Shown here: positions 10,631-19,997 of the stretch, piece by piece
How the letters are laid out: every line of letters starts with the position of its first letter
Numbering within the stretch: position 1 is the stretch's first letter
Source of the DNA: an uncultured Gammaproteobacteria bacterium
GTDB lineage: Bacteria > Patescibacteriota > Patescibacteriia > UBA9934 > GWF2-40-263
Reading direction: 5' to 3'
Assembly: GCA_964402425.1 (NCBI GenBank)
Contig: CAYOCD010000001.1
Span: forward strand, 82,934-146,933
DNA: 64,000 bases
The notes under the pieces: generated by a model
Database searches by the model: none
The model's input: only the letters and a program-made list of their open reading frames with translations
Told to the model about the DNA's origin: nothing
Translations under genes and position numbers: made by a program

Positions 10631-10724
10631 TTGTGATATTCTGCTGTCATCTCGACCGACCAACGGGAACAGAGAGATCCTCAATTCATCACCGACCCCT
10701 CACTCGGGATGAGACAAAAAAACT

Positions 10725-11159
10725 ATGTCTTGCAAAACACACACAAACAACCACACGCAAACTCTCCGAGCCAACCAACTCAAGGCCACACCCGCTCGAC
10801 TTGGTTTGTTAGACGTGTTCGTTCATGCAAAAAAACCACTTTCCGTAAAAGATCTTGAGGAAATTTCCAACAAAAAAGGTTCCGTAGATCGCGTGACGCT
10901 CTATCGAAACGTAGAACAACTTGAAAAACTTGGACTCATCCGAAAAATTCACCTCCAGGGTCGTGAAGCTCTTTATGAAACAATCGAATCCAACCACCAT
11001 CATCACATGGTCTGTAAATCCTGTGGAATTGTGAAGGATGTTGATTCATGTGGGGTCGAGAAATTCGAAACCTCACTGCTCAAATCAACAGGATTTGCGA
11101 GTGTACTCGATCACTCTCTTGAATTCTTTGGACTTTGTAAATCGTGTAAAAAAAAATAA
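10725..11159 (+). CDS. Fur-family metalloregulator (Zur-like)
   Basis: 'VTLYRNVEQLEKLGLI', 'HHHHMVCKSCG', C-terminal CxxC. Confidence 0.9.
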   Translation: MSCKTHTNNHTQTLRANQLKATPARLGLLDVFVHAKKPLSVKDLEEISNKKGSVDRVTLYRNVEQLEKLGLIRKIHLQGREALYETIESNHHHHMVCKSCGIVKDVDSCGVEKFETSLLKSTGFASVLDHSLEFFGLCKSCKKK

Positions 11160-11177
11160 GTCGTGCATAAGCACGCC

Positions 11178-12404
11178 TTATTTTTTTTGTTTCATCCCAA
11201 TCGCCTCTTCATAATACATCAGAAGCTTTCTGTGATGTTGATCAAGCGAAAACCGTGTTTCAACAAGATCACGTGCATTGTGACTTAGTTTCTTTTGTAA
11301 ATCATCATCGTAAAAAATGCGCATCAAACTTTCTGTCCAGGAACGCAAATCAAGCGGCGATACCAAAAATCCATTTACGCCATCCTCCACAACCTCTGGA
11401 ATTCCCCCAACACGAGACGCGATCACCGGTTTTCCATGCGCCATTGCTTCCAAAATGGAGAGTCCAAAAACTTCATGCACCCGAGACGGCGCAAGCACAA
11501 CCGTAGCGTGTGCATACAGCTCTTTAAGCTCTTCCCCCATTCGAAACCCAACAAATTCGATATTTGGACACTTATCCCCAGCACGGTGCAACTTGGCCAT
11601 TTCCGGTCCTCTTCCCACGATTTTAAACGTAATGTCTGGCAAGATGGACGCCAATTGAATAATAGTCTCAATCCCCTTCTCTTCTGAGAGTCGCCCGACA
11701 AAGAGCGCGTATTTTTCATGTGAATAATTTGTGCGCGTGCTATTTGGATCTATTCCATACGGCAACACACGCAATTTCTTTTCCGGAAATCCTCCACGTA
11801 TTAATTGTTGTTGAATATATTTTGAGGGACACAAAAACAAATCAACATTGCGAGCATAGATGTTTAACCATCGATGATATTTATGCGTGATGAGCTGTGC
11901 AAAACTCGCAGCAAAAGAATTTTTGTGAAACTTTGAAAACGTTCCTTTCACAATTCCGATATCACGATTATCAGGTCCGCATCCATCTGCCCACACATTA
12001 TACTGCGGAGAAACAAGATGATGATCATGAACGGTCATCACGGTTGGAACACACTGATCAGACAACGTATGAAGAACAGATGGTGAGAGTTGTGTATAAA
12101 TGTTGTGAATATGACACAGATCCGGTTTTTCCCGAGCAATAAGTGTTGCCAACTTTCTACGCGACTCAAGCGAATACACCATGCGTCCAAGTGTATGCAA
12201 ACCGCGTACATTCAACTTTACATTCTCCGTTTCAACCTCTGACGGAAAATACATTTCATACGGCGTTGAAAGATTCTCTGGGTATTTCATGGCAAACGGA
12301 ATCACCGTGTGATTGTTTGACGCAAGCCACCCTGAAAGAGAGAGCATGTAGTTCTCTGCTCCACCACGAAGATAAAAATACTTGTTCGCTTGAATAATTT
12401 TCAT
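11178..12404 (-). CDS. Glycosyltransferase family 4
   Basis: 'GGAE', 'FVGRLSEEKG', 'EVFGLSILEAMAHGKPV'; start MKIIQ overlaps the upstream stop. Confidence 0.9.
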   Translation of the reverse strand: MKIIQANKYFYLRGGAENYMLSLSGWLASNNHTVIPFAMKYPENLSTPYEMYFPSEVETENVKLNVRGLHTLGRMVYSLESRRKLATLIAREKPDLCHIHNIYTQLSPSVLHTLSDQCVPTVMTVHDHHLVSPQYNVWADGCGPDNRDIGIVKGTFSKFHKNSFAASFAQLITHKYHRWLNIYARNVDLFLCPSKYIQQQLIRGGFPEKKLRVLPYGIDPNSTRTNYSHEKYALFVGRLSEEKGIETIIQLASILPDITFKIVGRGPEMAKLHRAGDKCPNIEFVGFRMGEELKELYAHATVVLAPSRVHEVFGLSILEAMAHGKPVIASRVGGIPEVVEDGVNGFLVSPLDLRSWTESLMRIFYDDDLQKKLSHNARDLVETRFSLDQHHRKLLMYYEEAIGMKQKK

Positions 12405-13924
12405 ATTTTTTTCTTTTCTCCAAGCACAACGACAAACCCGCCATACAACCAAAAATAAAATGCAATCGTACGGATTTCAAATACCGTTGAAGTAAATCCA
12501 TTAAACGAGATGGCGATAACACACGCCGCAAACCCAAGAGCAATCGCTTGTGTAAATGGATCTTTCGATCCGCGATACACATCCATGGCATATCGGAACA
12601 ACACAACAAATATCCAAATGAACAAACCAATCCCAAGCGTTCCTGCTTCACCCCAAATGGAAAACCAGTTGTTATCGATATGTCCTTCCACCCCATACAC
12701 CCCAAACGGCAACCCGAGCTTGTCATACACCTTTGTATTACGAAGCGCCGCTACCGCTCCCCCGCCAAATTGTCCGGGACCCACACCAAAAATCGGAGAC
12801 GAAGGAATAACAGCGAGAGGCGTTTGAACGTCCCAATAAATGCGCCCTAATCCATAATATTCTCCACGCCATCGCGCCGCACTAAACGATTCATAAAAAC
12901 GCTCAATAAACGTTTGCCCCGGCGCTTCTGTAATAGTTCGAACAGCAAGACCCGTTAAAGCAACATATCCAAAAACAACGATAATGAATGATACAAGAGC
13001 GATTGCTACACGACGATCTCGCTTCACCCACAAACCAATAAAAAGAAATCCGAAGAGAAACGCAAACCAAGACGCGCGCGAAAATGTCATCATCAAAGCT
13101 AAACTTCCAAAAGCAAATATCCATGGGATCCATCGCTGAATACGCTTCTCTTGTTTTACAAATAAAAATCCTGTTGCGATGAGCAAAAAGATATAAAGAA
13201 AATTTCCTAATCGATCATATCGTCCGAGCGTTGCAAAAATACGAGAACCAGGATCCCAAAATGCTGTTACTCCGGATGTAAGTGTGATGTCCCCAACAAA
13301 TCTTGCATCTGACGGAAGTAAAAACGTATCCATCCGCTCCCCAATAATGGATTGGGAAAAACCTAGACCGCATTCAAAAAGAACGATCCCAAACAAAATG
13401 AGCGTCAATGTTTGAATGAATTTTTTTGATGGCCTGAGATAAACAGCGAGAAAAAAGACAAGCATGAAACGCACAATCTGGCGCATGCCCAAAATAGCAA
13501 CGGGAGGCTCGACTAAATTAATCACCGCGGATCCGGCAAGTACTGCAAGGAATAAAACAAAGGGTAAATCAATAGGCGTCTGCGGAACTTTGATGATTCT
13601 GACAACAACACGCACAAGAACCACAAGTGCAATCACATAAATCAACAACTCTGAAGCGTACCGGATTAAAACATATGCATCTTGCGGCGTATATTTGAGT
13701 AGAAGTGATTCAAACGGTAGATACACTGCAAGAAACCCCAAAATCCAAAGTGGACGAACAATCGTAAGAAAAATTGTGGCACTCAAAAAAATAAGCGCAA
13801 GAACAATTGTTGGAGAAAAAATCGTCTGAAGCAGAATCAAAAACGCCAAACAGAAAAATAATCCCCCAATGTAAAGTGCGGTGTGTTCTTCTGCATGACG
13901 ATAAACGGAACGAAAGTTAAGCAT
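12401..13924 (-). CDS. O-antigen ligase/Wzy-like polytopic membrane protein
   Basis: Many TM helices; 'TFSRASW', 'PIFGVGPG', 'HIDN..GEAGTLG'. Confidence 0.8.
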   Translation of the reverse strand: MLNFRSVYRHAEEHTALYIGGLFFCLAFLILLQTIFSPTIVLALIFLSATIFLTIVRPLWILGFLAVYLPFESLLLKYTPQDAYVLIRYASELLIYVIALVVLVRVVVRIIKVPQTPIDLPFVLFLAVLAGSAVINLVEPPVAILGMRQIVRFMLVFFLAVYLRPSKKFIQTLTLILFGIVLFECGLGFSQSIIGERMDTFLLPSDARFVGDITLTSGVTAFWDPGSRIFATLGRYDRLGNFLYIFLLIATGFLFVKQEKRIQRWIPWIFAFGSLALMMTFSRASWFAFLFGFLFIGLWVKRDRRVAIALVSFIIVVFGYVALTGLAVRTITEAPGQTFIERFYESFSAARWRGEYYGLGRIYWDVQTPLAVIPSSPIFGVGPGQFGGGAVAALRNTKVYDKLGLPFGVYGVEGHIDNNWFSIWGEAGTLGIGLFIWIFVVLFRYAMDVYRGSKDPFTQAIALGFAACVIAISFNGFTSTVFEIRTIAFYFWLYGGFVVVLGEKKKI

Positions 13925-13986
13925 GCAGATATTATAGCAGAAATAAAAAAACCCCGAAGAAAATCTTCAGAGTTGAGAGTTCTGCC

Positions 13987-16311
13987 TTATTGGCAGACGA
14001 ACATGACTTCAACCGACTTCGTGGTAACCGCATCAAGGACAACGTTATCCGATCCGATCACACCACCCGAAATGGACGACGTGCCCATCTTGGCGCACGT
14101 ACCCGTAGGCTTGCCAGCTGCAGCAAGCGTCGGGTCATAGTACGTAACCGACGTAGTGCTCGGATTGGCTGAACACGATCCGTGAAGGAGCGCGGCAACC
14201 GTTCCGGTACCTGCCGTAATGATCTGCAAAGAGAACTTGGTCATTCCAGACTGCGGCTTCGGAGCCAAGACGACTTCCGCTGCCGTGAGTTTGGTCTTGA
14301 GTGCCGGACCGGACGAACACTGGTACGTGTCAATGAGCGATGCAGCGGGAGAAGAAGGCCACACAACGGTGTACTTCTGACCACACGGCACCTGAATCAC
14401 GTTCAGGCATTGGTTGCATGAAGAAATCATGCCACCGTTGCCATCAGACTTCTGATCGGTCTTGCCATCGCAATTGTTGTCCACGCTATCACACGTGTCC
14501 GCTGCATCCGGCTTAACATTGCCTTCCGCGTCGTTGCAGTCGCCTTCCTTGCACGCTGCCGTGGAAAGGAATGGCATTGCACTGTCGCAGAAGCCGTCCA
14601 TGTCGTCGTCGCAACCTTCATCGGTATCGCCGTCGCAATCGTTATCTGCGCCATCGCAGAGCTCGGTTGCGTTCAGGTACGAGGACTTGTTGGTGTCGTC
14701 GCAGTCCTTGTCGTTCTTGGAGTACCCACTCGGAAGTGCGCACATCATGACCGACTTGGTCGCGTCACCGTAAGTATCGCCGTCCATGTCCTTGTAGTAG
14801 GGGGTCTGGACTTCTTCGTCCACGAGCCCGTCGCAGTCATTGTCTTTTTCGTCACAGGTCTCCGTATCGGCAAGAGCGCTCGAGCTGCAAACCGCGGCAG
14901 AGCCGTTGTTCAAACACTCCACCTTGCCATTGGCACAGACACCGACGCCGCAGGCTTCGCCCAACTTCTTGGTGCTGCCGTCGTAGTCCTTGGCCGTGTA
15001 GCCTTCATCCATCTGAGCATCACAGTCATCGTCCACGCCGTTGCACTTTTCCGTTGCGCCGGGATAGACCGAATCGTTGCCGTCGTTGCAGTCACCATCG
15101 ACTTTAACGACGTAGCCATTAAACGCTCCGCACTGAAGAGAACCAGAGCCTCCACCGAACGTATCGTTGTCTGCATCTTTGTAGTACACAGACTTCGGCT
15201 CGAGGCCATTGTCAACGATGCCATTGCAATCGTTGTCCTTGCCGTCGCACGATTCACTGGTGGCATTGCCACCAGTGGAACATACTGCCGATTTACCATC
15301 GACTGCACACTGCACGCTGCCGTTTGCACAGACACCGACGCCGCAGGCTTCGCCCAGGGCCTTGGTGCTGTCGTCGTAATCCTTGAAGGAGAACCCTTCA
15401 TCGGTCTGACCGCTGCAGTTGTTGTCAATATTGTCACAAGCTTCCGCAGCCTTCGTATTGACGGCACTCTTTTTGTCGTCGCAATCGTCTGCCGCAGTCG
15501 CAGTAAACGTCGAATTGGTGTCTTCGGGGTCCTTGCCGGCGCCGCAAAGGCACTTAGCAGAAGAACCCTTGGCACCAAAGGTGTCCTTGTCGCCGTCCGG
15601 ATAGAAATCCGTGCAGCCCTGCGCATCCACTTCGTCAGTCAGACCATCACAGTCGTCGTCGACGCCATTGCACGCTTCGGGGAGCTTGTTGGTTTCATTG
15701 TCCGCCGTGACTGAGCACGAGCAAGCACCATTTGCACACGTGCTCTTGCCCTTCTTCGCACACACACCGTTGCCGGCCGTGCACGTTGCAAAAGCATTAA
15801 AGCAGACGCCTGACACACCGTCCGGCTTGAGCGACATCTCGGTCCGCAAGCAAGTCGGATTCATGAGCCAAGTCTTGCTATCGTCCGGATCCGGGAAATA
15901 GGACGGGTATTCGATCTTTGCCTGGCTGATGCAGTCCTGATCCTGCAAGCAGCCGTTGTAGACGCACGTCTTCTGAGAACCGATGCCGCCGAGCATTTCG
16001 TACGTACAGCCGGAATCCGACTCATAGTACGTACACTTTTTGGTATCGGATCCGCACTTGGTCCATTGGCCCGGCCCCTCTGCATTGCAGTTGGGATCGT
16101 CCGTGGGAGTACAGTCTTGCGACTGCCAAATGGTCGCAGTCGGATCATTGGGATCCTGAACCGCCGTCATCGTCAACGCGGGAGTAATCACCGCGAACCC
16201 CGATTTGTCCGATTCGGACGTGTCGGGCTTCTGAGTCGGCGCACCGATGTCGGCACAGGCCGAAGCGAGCAGCGCCAAAAAACAACTGAGATAAAGTGCA
16301 AAACTGCGCAT
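13987..16311 (-). CDS. Lipoprotein with multiple Cys/Asp 'putative metal-binding motif' (PF11617-like) repeats
   Basis: Start MRSFALYLSCFLALLASAC (lipobox) with AAGGAG SD; repeats such as DCNDxxxxVYPGATExCNGVDDDCD and YxDxDGDxYG. Confidence 0.85.
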   Translation of the reverse strand: MRSFALYLSCFLALLASACADIGAPTQKPDTSESDKSGFAVITPALTMTAVQDPNDPTATIWQSQDCTPTDDPNCNAEGPGQWTKCGSDTKKCTYYESDSGCTYEMLGGIGSQKTCVYNGCLQDQDCISQAKIEYPSYFPDPDDSKTWLMNPTCLRTEMSLKPDGVSGVCFNAFATCTAGNGVCAKKGKSTCANGACSCSVTADNETNKLPEACNGVDDDCDGLTDEVDAQGCTDFYPDGDKDTFGAKGSSAKCLCGAGKDPEDTNSTFTATAADDCDDKKSAVNTKAAEACDNIDNNCSGQTDEGFSFKDYDDSTKALGEACGVGVCANGSVQCAVDGKSAVCSTGGNATSESCDGKDNDCNGIVDNGLEPKSVYYKDADNDTFGGGSGSLQCGAFNGYVVKVDGDCNDGNDSVYPGATEKCNGVDDDCDAQMDEGYTAKDYDGSTKKLGEACGVGVCANGKVECLNNGSAAVCSSSALADTETCDEKDNDCDGLVDEEVQTPYYKDMDGDTYGDATKSVMMCALPSGYSKNDKDCDDTNKSSYLNATELCDGADNDCDGDTDEGCDDDMDGFCDSAMPFLSTAACKEGDCNDAEGNVKPDAADTCDSVDNNCDGKTDQKSDGNGGMISSCNQCLNVIQVPCGQKYTVVWPSSPAASLIDTYQCSSGPALKTKLTAAEVVLAPKPQSGMTKFSLQIITAGTGTVAALLHGSCSANPSTTSVTYYDPTLAAAGKPTGTCAKMGTSSISGGVIGSDNVVLDAVTTKSVEVMFVCQ

Positions 16312-16395
16312 CTTCTTCTCCTTGAGGGAACACACACAGGATACCGCCCGTGCCACGGTGAGGTTGAAATCAACCTCGACAGCAGCTTGCATAAG

Positions 16396-16423
16396 AAATC
16401 CTTCGCTTTGCTCAGGATGACAC
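16396..16423. repeat. REP-like short repeat (GTCATCCTGAGC..AGCGAAGGAT type)
   Basis: Reverse complement GTGTCATCCTGAGCAAAGCGAAGGATTT; related copy at 32170-32196. Confidence 0.5.
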
Positions 16424-16519
16424 ACGTAAACTATTGTCGAATTTGATTTGAAAAAATGGGACGGGTGTGAGGAAGGCGGAAGAGTACCACTTTCCTCACA
16501 CCACGTCTAGACCTACTGA

Positions 16520-18136
16520 CTAGAAATTACACGCAGGAACGTCCTTGGCGGTCAGATCGTACTCGATCGTTACACCAACAACAACATTACCAGGCGTTGC
16601 TTTTTTGATTTCAATATTCGTGAAGCTGTCGATAAGCTTCACGAATGTCGTCTCGACCCACACAAACTTCGGATCGAAATCGATCTGGACGAATACACTG
16701 ATGTGTAGGGTCTTACCCTGCTTGAGTTCGGCACACACATCCGCCATGAGAGGCGAAGACGCGACCTTCTCGAACGTCATGACGATCTTCTTGTCCGCGA
16801 TCGCATCACCAAAGTAATACGCCACGCCACACGAATATCCGTCAGACTCCTTGTAGAGATCAGGGTTTGAGCATGTCATTAGGAATTTTCGATCTTCCCA
16901 CTGACACCCCTTGGCACCTTGGCAAAAGTCCTTGGTGAAATTATTACCATCTTCGCAGAGCGCGTCGGGTTCCTTGGGAGGCATCGGGAGGCCGGTGCAG
17001 GCGTTGTCTTTGCCGTCGCAGAGCTCGGGCGCGCCTGGATAGACATCCGAATCCGTGTCATCACAGTCCGCATTCGGACCAAACGCGAGCGCCATGCCAG
17101 CCGGAGCCGAACACGCGAGCGTGGTCTTAGATGTCGGGTTTCCATACCCATCACCGTCTGCATCCATGTGATAAACCATCTGCACACCATCGTCGGTCTG
17201 CCCATTGCAGTTGTCGTCGACTTCGTTGCAGGTTTCAACCGCACCGGGATGAATCTTCTTTCCGGTAACCGGCGTGTCGTTGCAGTCCGTGCTCGTGGTA
17301 GTTGCACCAACGGGCGCGTCACATGCTTCAACCTTCTTATCAGGAGCGCCGTAGCCATCGCCATCGTCGTCCTTAAAGTAGGTCTTTTTAACTTTGTCAC
17401 CATCGTCGACTAGCTTGTTGCAATCGTTGTCGACGTTGTCGCAGACTTCCGGGTTGCCCGGGAAGCGCTTGGCATCGGCATCATCGCAATCAGTGCCTGA
17501 AACAACGACACCCTTTTCAGGCTTGCAAGCCTTGACGGGCTTACTCACTGAACCATGACCATCAAGATCCTGATCAACGAAGAAATCACCCTTCACACCT
17601 TCGTCGGTCTGCCCATTGCAGTTGTCGTCGATGTCCGGCGTGTCGCAAGTTTCCTTCATTCCAGGATTGATGATCTTCAGGTTGTCGTTGCAGTCGTCGC
17701 CGTTTGCGACGTACTTCAGAGCGAAGCCACTGCACGCACCCGACAATTCACTTGCCGGATTGCCATAGCCATCACCATCATTGTCGAAATACCACGACTT
17801 CGTGGTGTCGTCGACCTTATAGTTACAGTCGTTGTCGACCTTGTCGCACTGCTCTTTTGCGTCCGGGTGGACGCTTGGAGCGGCATCATCGCAATCGTTC
17901 ATGTTCAAGACGTGCCCCGGAGGGGGCGCGTTCTTACATGTCACGTATGGCTTCGCAGGATCGCCAAAGCCATCCTTGTCGCCATCGAGGTAAAACGTCT
18001 GCTCGACGCATGGCGTCGGAGTCAGGTTGTTCGAACCTCCCGCGACGAAATCGTCATCGGCCGGAAAGACACCTGTGCCAGAGGCACAGCCAGCGATAGC
18101 CAACGCCATCGCAAGACACTGGAAGCGCAGCTTCAT
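16520..18136 (-). CDS. Lipoprotein with PF11617-like metal-binding repeats
   Basis: MKLRFQCLAMALAIAGC lipobox, GGAG SD; five Y/FxDxDxDGxG...DCD/ND...ExCD..DNxC units. Confidence 0.85.
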   Translation of the reverse strand: MKLRFQCLAMALAIAGCASGTGVFPADDDFVAGGSNNLTPTPCVEQTFYLDGDKDGFGDPAKPYVTCKNAPPPGHVLNMNDCDDAAPSVHPDAKEQCDKVDNDCNYKVDDTTKSWYFDNDGDGYGNPASELSGACSGFALKYVANGDDCNDNLKIINPGMKETCDTPDIDDNCNGQTDEGVKGDFFVDQDLDGHGSVSKPVKACKPEKGVVVSGTDCDDADAKRFPGNPEVCDNVDNDCNKLVDDGDKVKKTYFKDDDGDGYGAPDKKVEACDAPVGATTTSTDCNDTPVTGKKIHPGAVETCNEVDDNCNGQTDDGVQMVYHMDADGDGYGNPTSKTTLACSAPAGMALAFGPNADCDDTDSDVYPGAPELCDGKDNACTGLPMPPKEPDALCEDGNNFTKDFCQGAKGCQWEDRKFLMTCSNPDLYKESDGYSCGVAYYFGDAIADKKIVMTFEKVASSPLMADVCAELKQGKTLHISVFVQIDFDPKFVWVETTFVKLIDSFTNIEIKKATPGNVVVGVTIEYDLTAKDVPACNF

Positions 18137-18253
18137 CGCGGTCTCCATTTAAAGAGTGTACTGGCGCAGGCCCGCCCGTACGTTGTTGTGTGTAGATCAC
18201 GGCCTGATTCCATGGCTTAATTAGCACTAGAATCAGCTCACAATCGACCCGGA

Positions 18254-18282
18254 AAAATATCATGTTTTGAGAAAAATGTCAA
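18254..18282 (-). promoter_or_regulatory. Sigma-70-type promoter
   Basis: TTGACA-17bp-TATTTT. Confidence 0.5.
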
Positions 18283-18414
18283 GGGAAAAGGGCGGAAGTG
18301 GCAGAAAAGGCGGAAGAGGCGGAAAGGAACACAAAGTGGGAAGCGCAAAAAAATGCGCGGAAACAGACATTCCTTTCCGCCCTTTCCGCCTCTTCCGCCC
18401 TTTCTGCCTTTCCT
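18283..18414. repeat. 9-nt-periodic purine/pyrimidine inverted repeat (type A, CGGAARAGG units)
   Basis: GGAAAAGGG CGGAAGTGG CAGAAAAGG CGGAAGAGG CGGAAAGGA arm with a complementary pyrimidine arm at 18370-18414. Confidence 0.85.
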
Positions 18415-18478
18415 TAAAAAATGAAAAATCCCTCAGTTTCTTGCGAAACCAAGGGACGAGTTGAGGGGTCCAGGGCTG

Positions 18479-19438
18479 CTACTTGCAGTCGTGGATTTCG
18501 AGGTTGACCGAGCAGCCGCCTTCAGGGGCAGGCCACTTCTTGACGAGCTTTGTGACGTCGAGGATCGAGCCATCGCCCTTGACCACGAAGATCACGGCGT
18601 CGGGGTTGATCTTGTCGTCCATGCAGAGCCACTCGCTTGCCGGCTTGCCGTGGGCCGTGTTGAAGCGGACACCGCAGGCGTTGCCGTCGGGAACGAGCGT
18701 GAAGACGATGTTGTTGATCGACTCCTGGAACCAGACCCAGTCCTTGCCGATGTCCGCTTGCGCGTAGTACGGCACCGCCATGATCTTCTGACCCATCTTC
18801 TCAGACGGCCAGGAGACGACGAGGGCGAAATTGTCGCCGAGGAGCAGGTCGTCGAACGACTCGCGGGGGGCACAACCTTCGTCGGTCTTGCCGTCGCAGT
18901 CGTTGTCGATGTCGTCGTCACACGTCTCGGTCGCGTCCTGGTTCAACCAGAAGCCGTCGACCTTGCCGTCACTGTTGGCATCCTTCGCCGAGTCGTTGCA
19001 GTCGCCCCCGTGAGCCGAATAGCCCTTGGGAACTTCTGCACCGATGCACACGGTGGTCACTTCCTTCGACAGGCCGTAACCGTCCTTGTCGCCATCGAAG
19101 TAAACTTCTTCGGTCAGGCCTTCATCGGCATGACCGTCGCAGTTGTTGTCGATGCCGTCGCAGATCTCCACGGCGTACTTGTTCACCGCCGGGTTGGTCT
19201 CGTCGCAATCGTTGCCGAGTGCGGGCGAGAAGCCGTCGCCATCCAAGTCACCGTAGACCTTCTTGGGGGTCTCGGTCTCGGTGGGCGTGGTCGCAGCCGG
19301 CGGGTCGACAGTGCTGGTCGTCTCGTCGGTCGCACCTTGCTCGTCGTCCGTCGCATCGAAGACACCGTTGCCACTTTCGCAGGCACCGAAGGAGATAATG
19401 GTCGCGATAGCCAGAAACAGCTTGAGAAACGTATTCAT
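18479..19438 (-). CDS. Lipoprotein with PF11617-like repeats and an unrecognised C-terminal domain
   Basis: MNTFLKLFLAIATIISFGAC lipobox; AAAGGAAG leader; DCDE...EICDGIDNNCDG repeats. Confidence 0.85.
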   Translation of the reverse strand: MNTFLKLFLAIATIISFGACESGNGVFDATDDEQGATDETTSTVDPPAATTPTETETPKKVYGDLDGDGFSPALGNDCDETNPAVNKYAVEICDGIDNNCDGHADEGLTEEVYFDGDKDGYGLSKEVTTVCIGAEVPKGYSAHGGDCNDSAKDANSDGKVDGFWLNQDATETCDDDIDNDCDGKTDEGCAPRESFDDLLLGDNFALVVSWPSEKMGQKIMAVPYYAQADIGKDWVWFQESINNIVFTLVPDGNACGVRFNTAHGKPASEWLCMDDKINPDAVIFVVKGDGSILDVTKLVKKWPAPEGGCSVNLEIHDCK

Positions 19439-19702
19439 CTGAACTTCCTTTCCCTTGCGGGAGTCTTATCTTGCCTGACAGAACTTTCTGCCCGACCTGA
19501 CTCGACACTCCCCGCAGGGAGATTTTTTTGTTGAAACACCGGGAATCCGGGACAGCAGAGGCTTTTGAGACCCCTACGAATGTGAGTTTGGGTACTGATA
19601 CGAGAATTTCTTTCGATTTATCATCTACATCATCTAGTTCACGCAAACACACATTTGTAAGGACCTCGTTTTCAAGCCTTATTGCTCATTTAGTAACAAG
19701 CA

Positions 19703-19731
19703 ACTATACCATAAAATCGCACTTTTGTCAA
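19703..19731 (-). promoter_or_regulatory. Sigma-70-type promoter (about 260-nt leader)
   Basis: TTGACA-17bp-TATAGT. Confidence 0.7.
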
Positions 19732-19812
19732 GGGTTGCTGGATGCAATTTGGAACAAATATTGGGCTTTTTTGATTATTTGGCTATTTTTGTCAGGGATT
19801 ATGAGACAAAGT

Positions 19813-19920
19813 AAAAGCTGGAGAGGCGAGAGAGGCTGGAGATGCTTGAGAGGCTTTAGAAACGCGCTTTTCCCCTCCCCTTCGGCCTCTCTCGCCTCTC
19901 CAGCCTTTCAAGCCTTCCCC
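19813..19920. repeat. 9-nt-periodic inverted repeat (type B, AGAGGCNNG units)
   Basis: AGAGGCGAG AGAGGCTGG AGATGCTTG AGAGGCTTT with a complementary arm; 32 nt identical to 21204-21235. Confidence 0.85.
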
Positions 19921-19997
19921 CCCCTCCTCTTTCCCAAAAAAAACGACCCCACCTCAACAAAGAGATAGGGTCAGAAAGTGGGCCGAAATTGGCCGAG

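Noticed and set aside
16312-16425. N-terminal extension MCHPEQSEG... in the ORF track
   Set aside because: It is a translation of a REP-like repeat; the better start is 16311, with SD and lipobox
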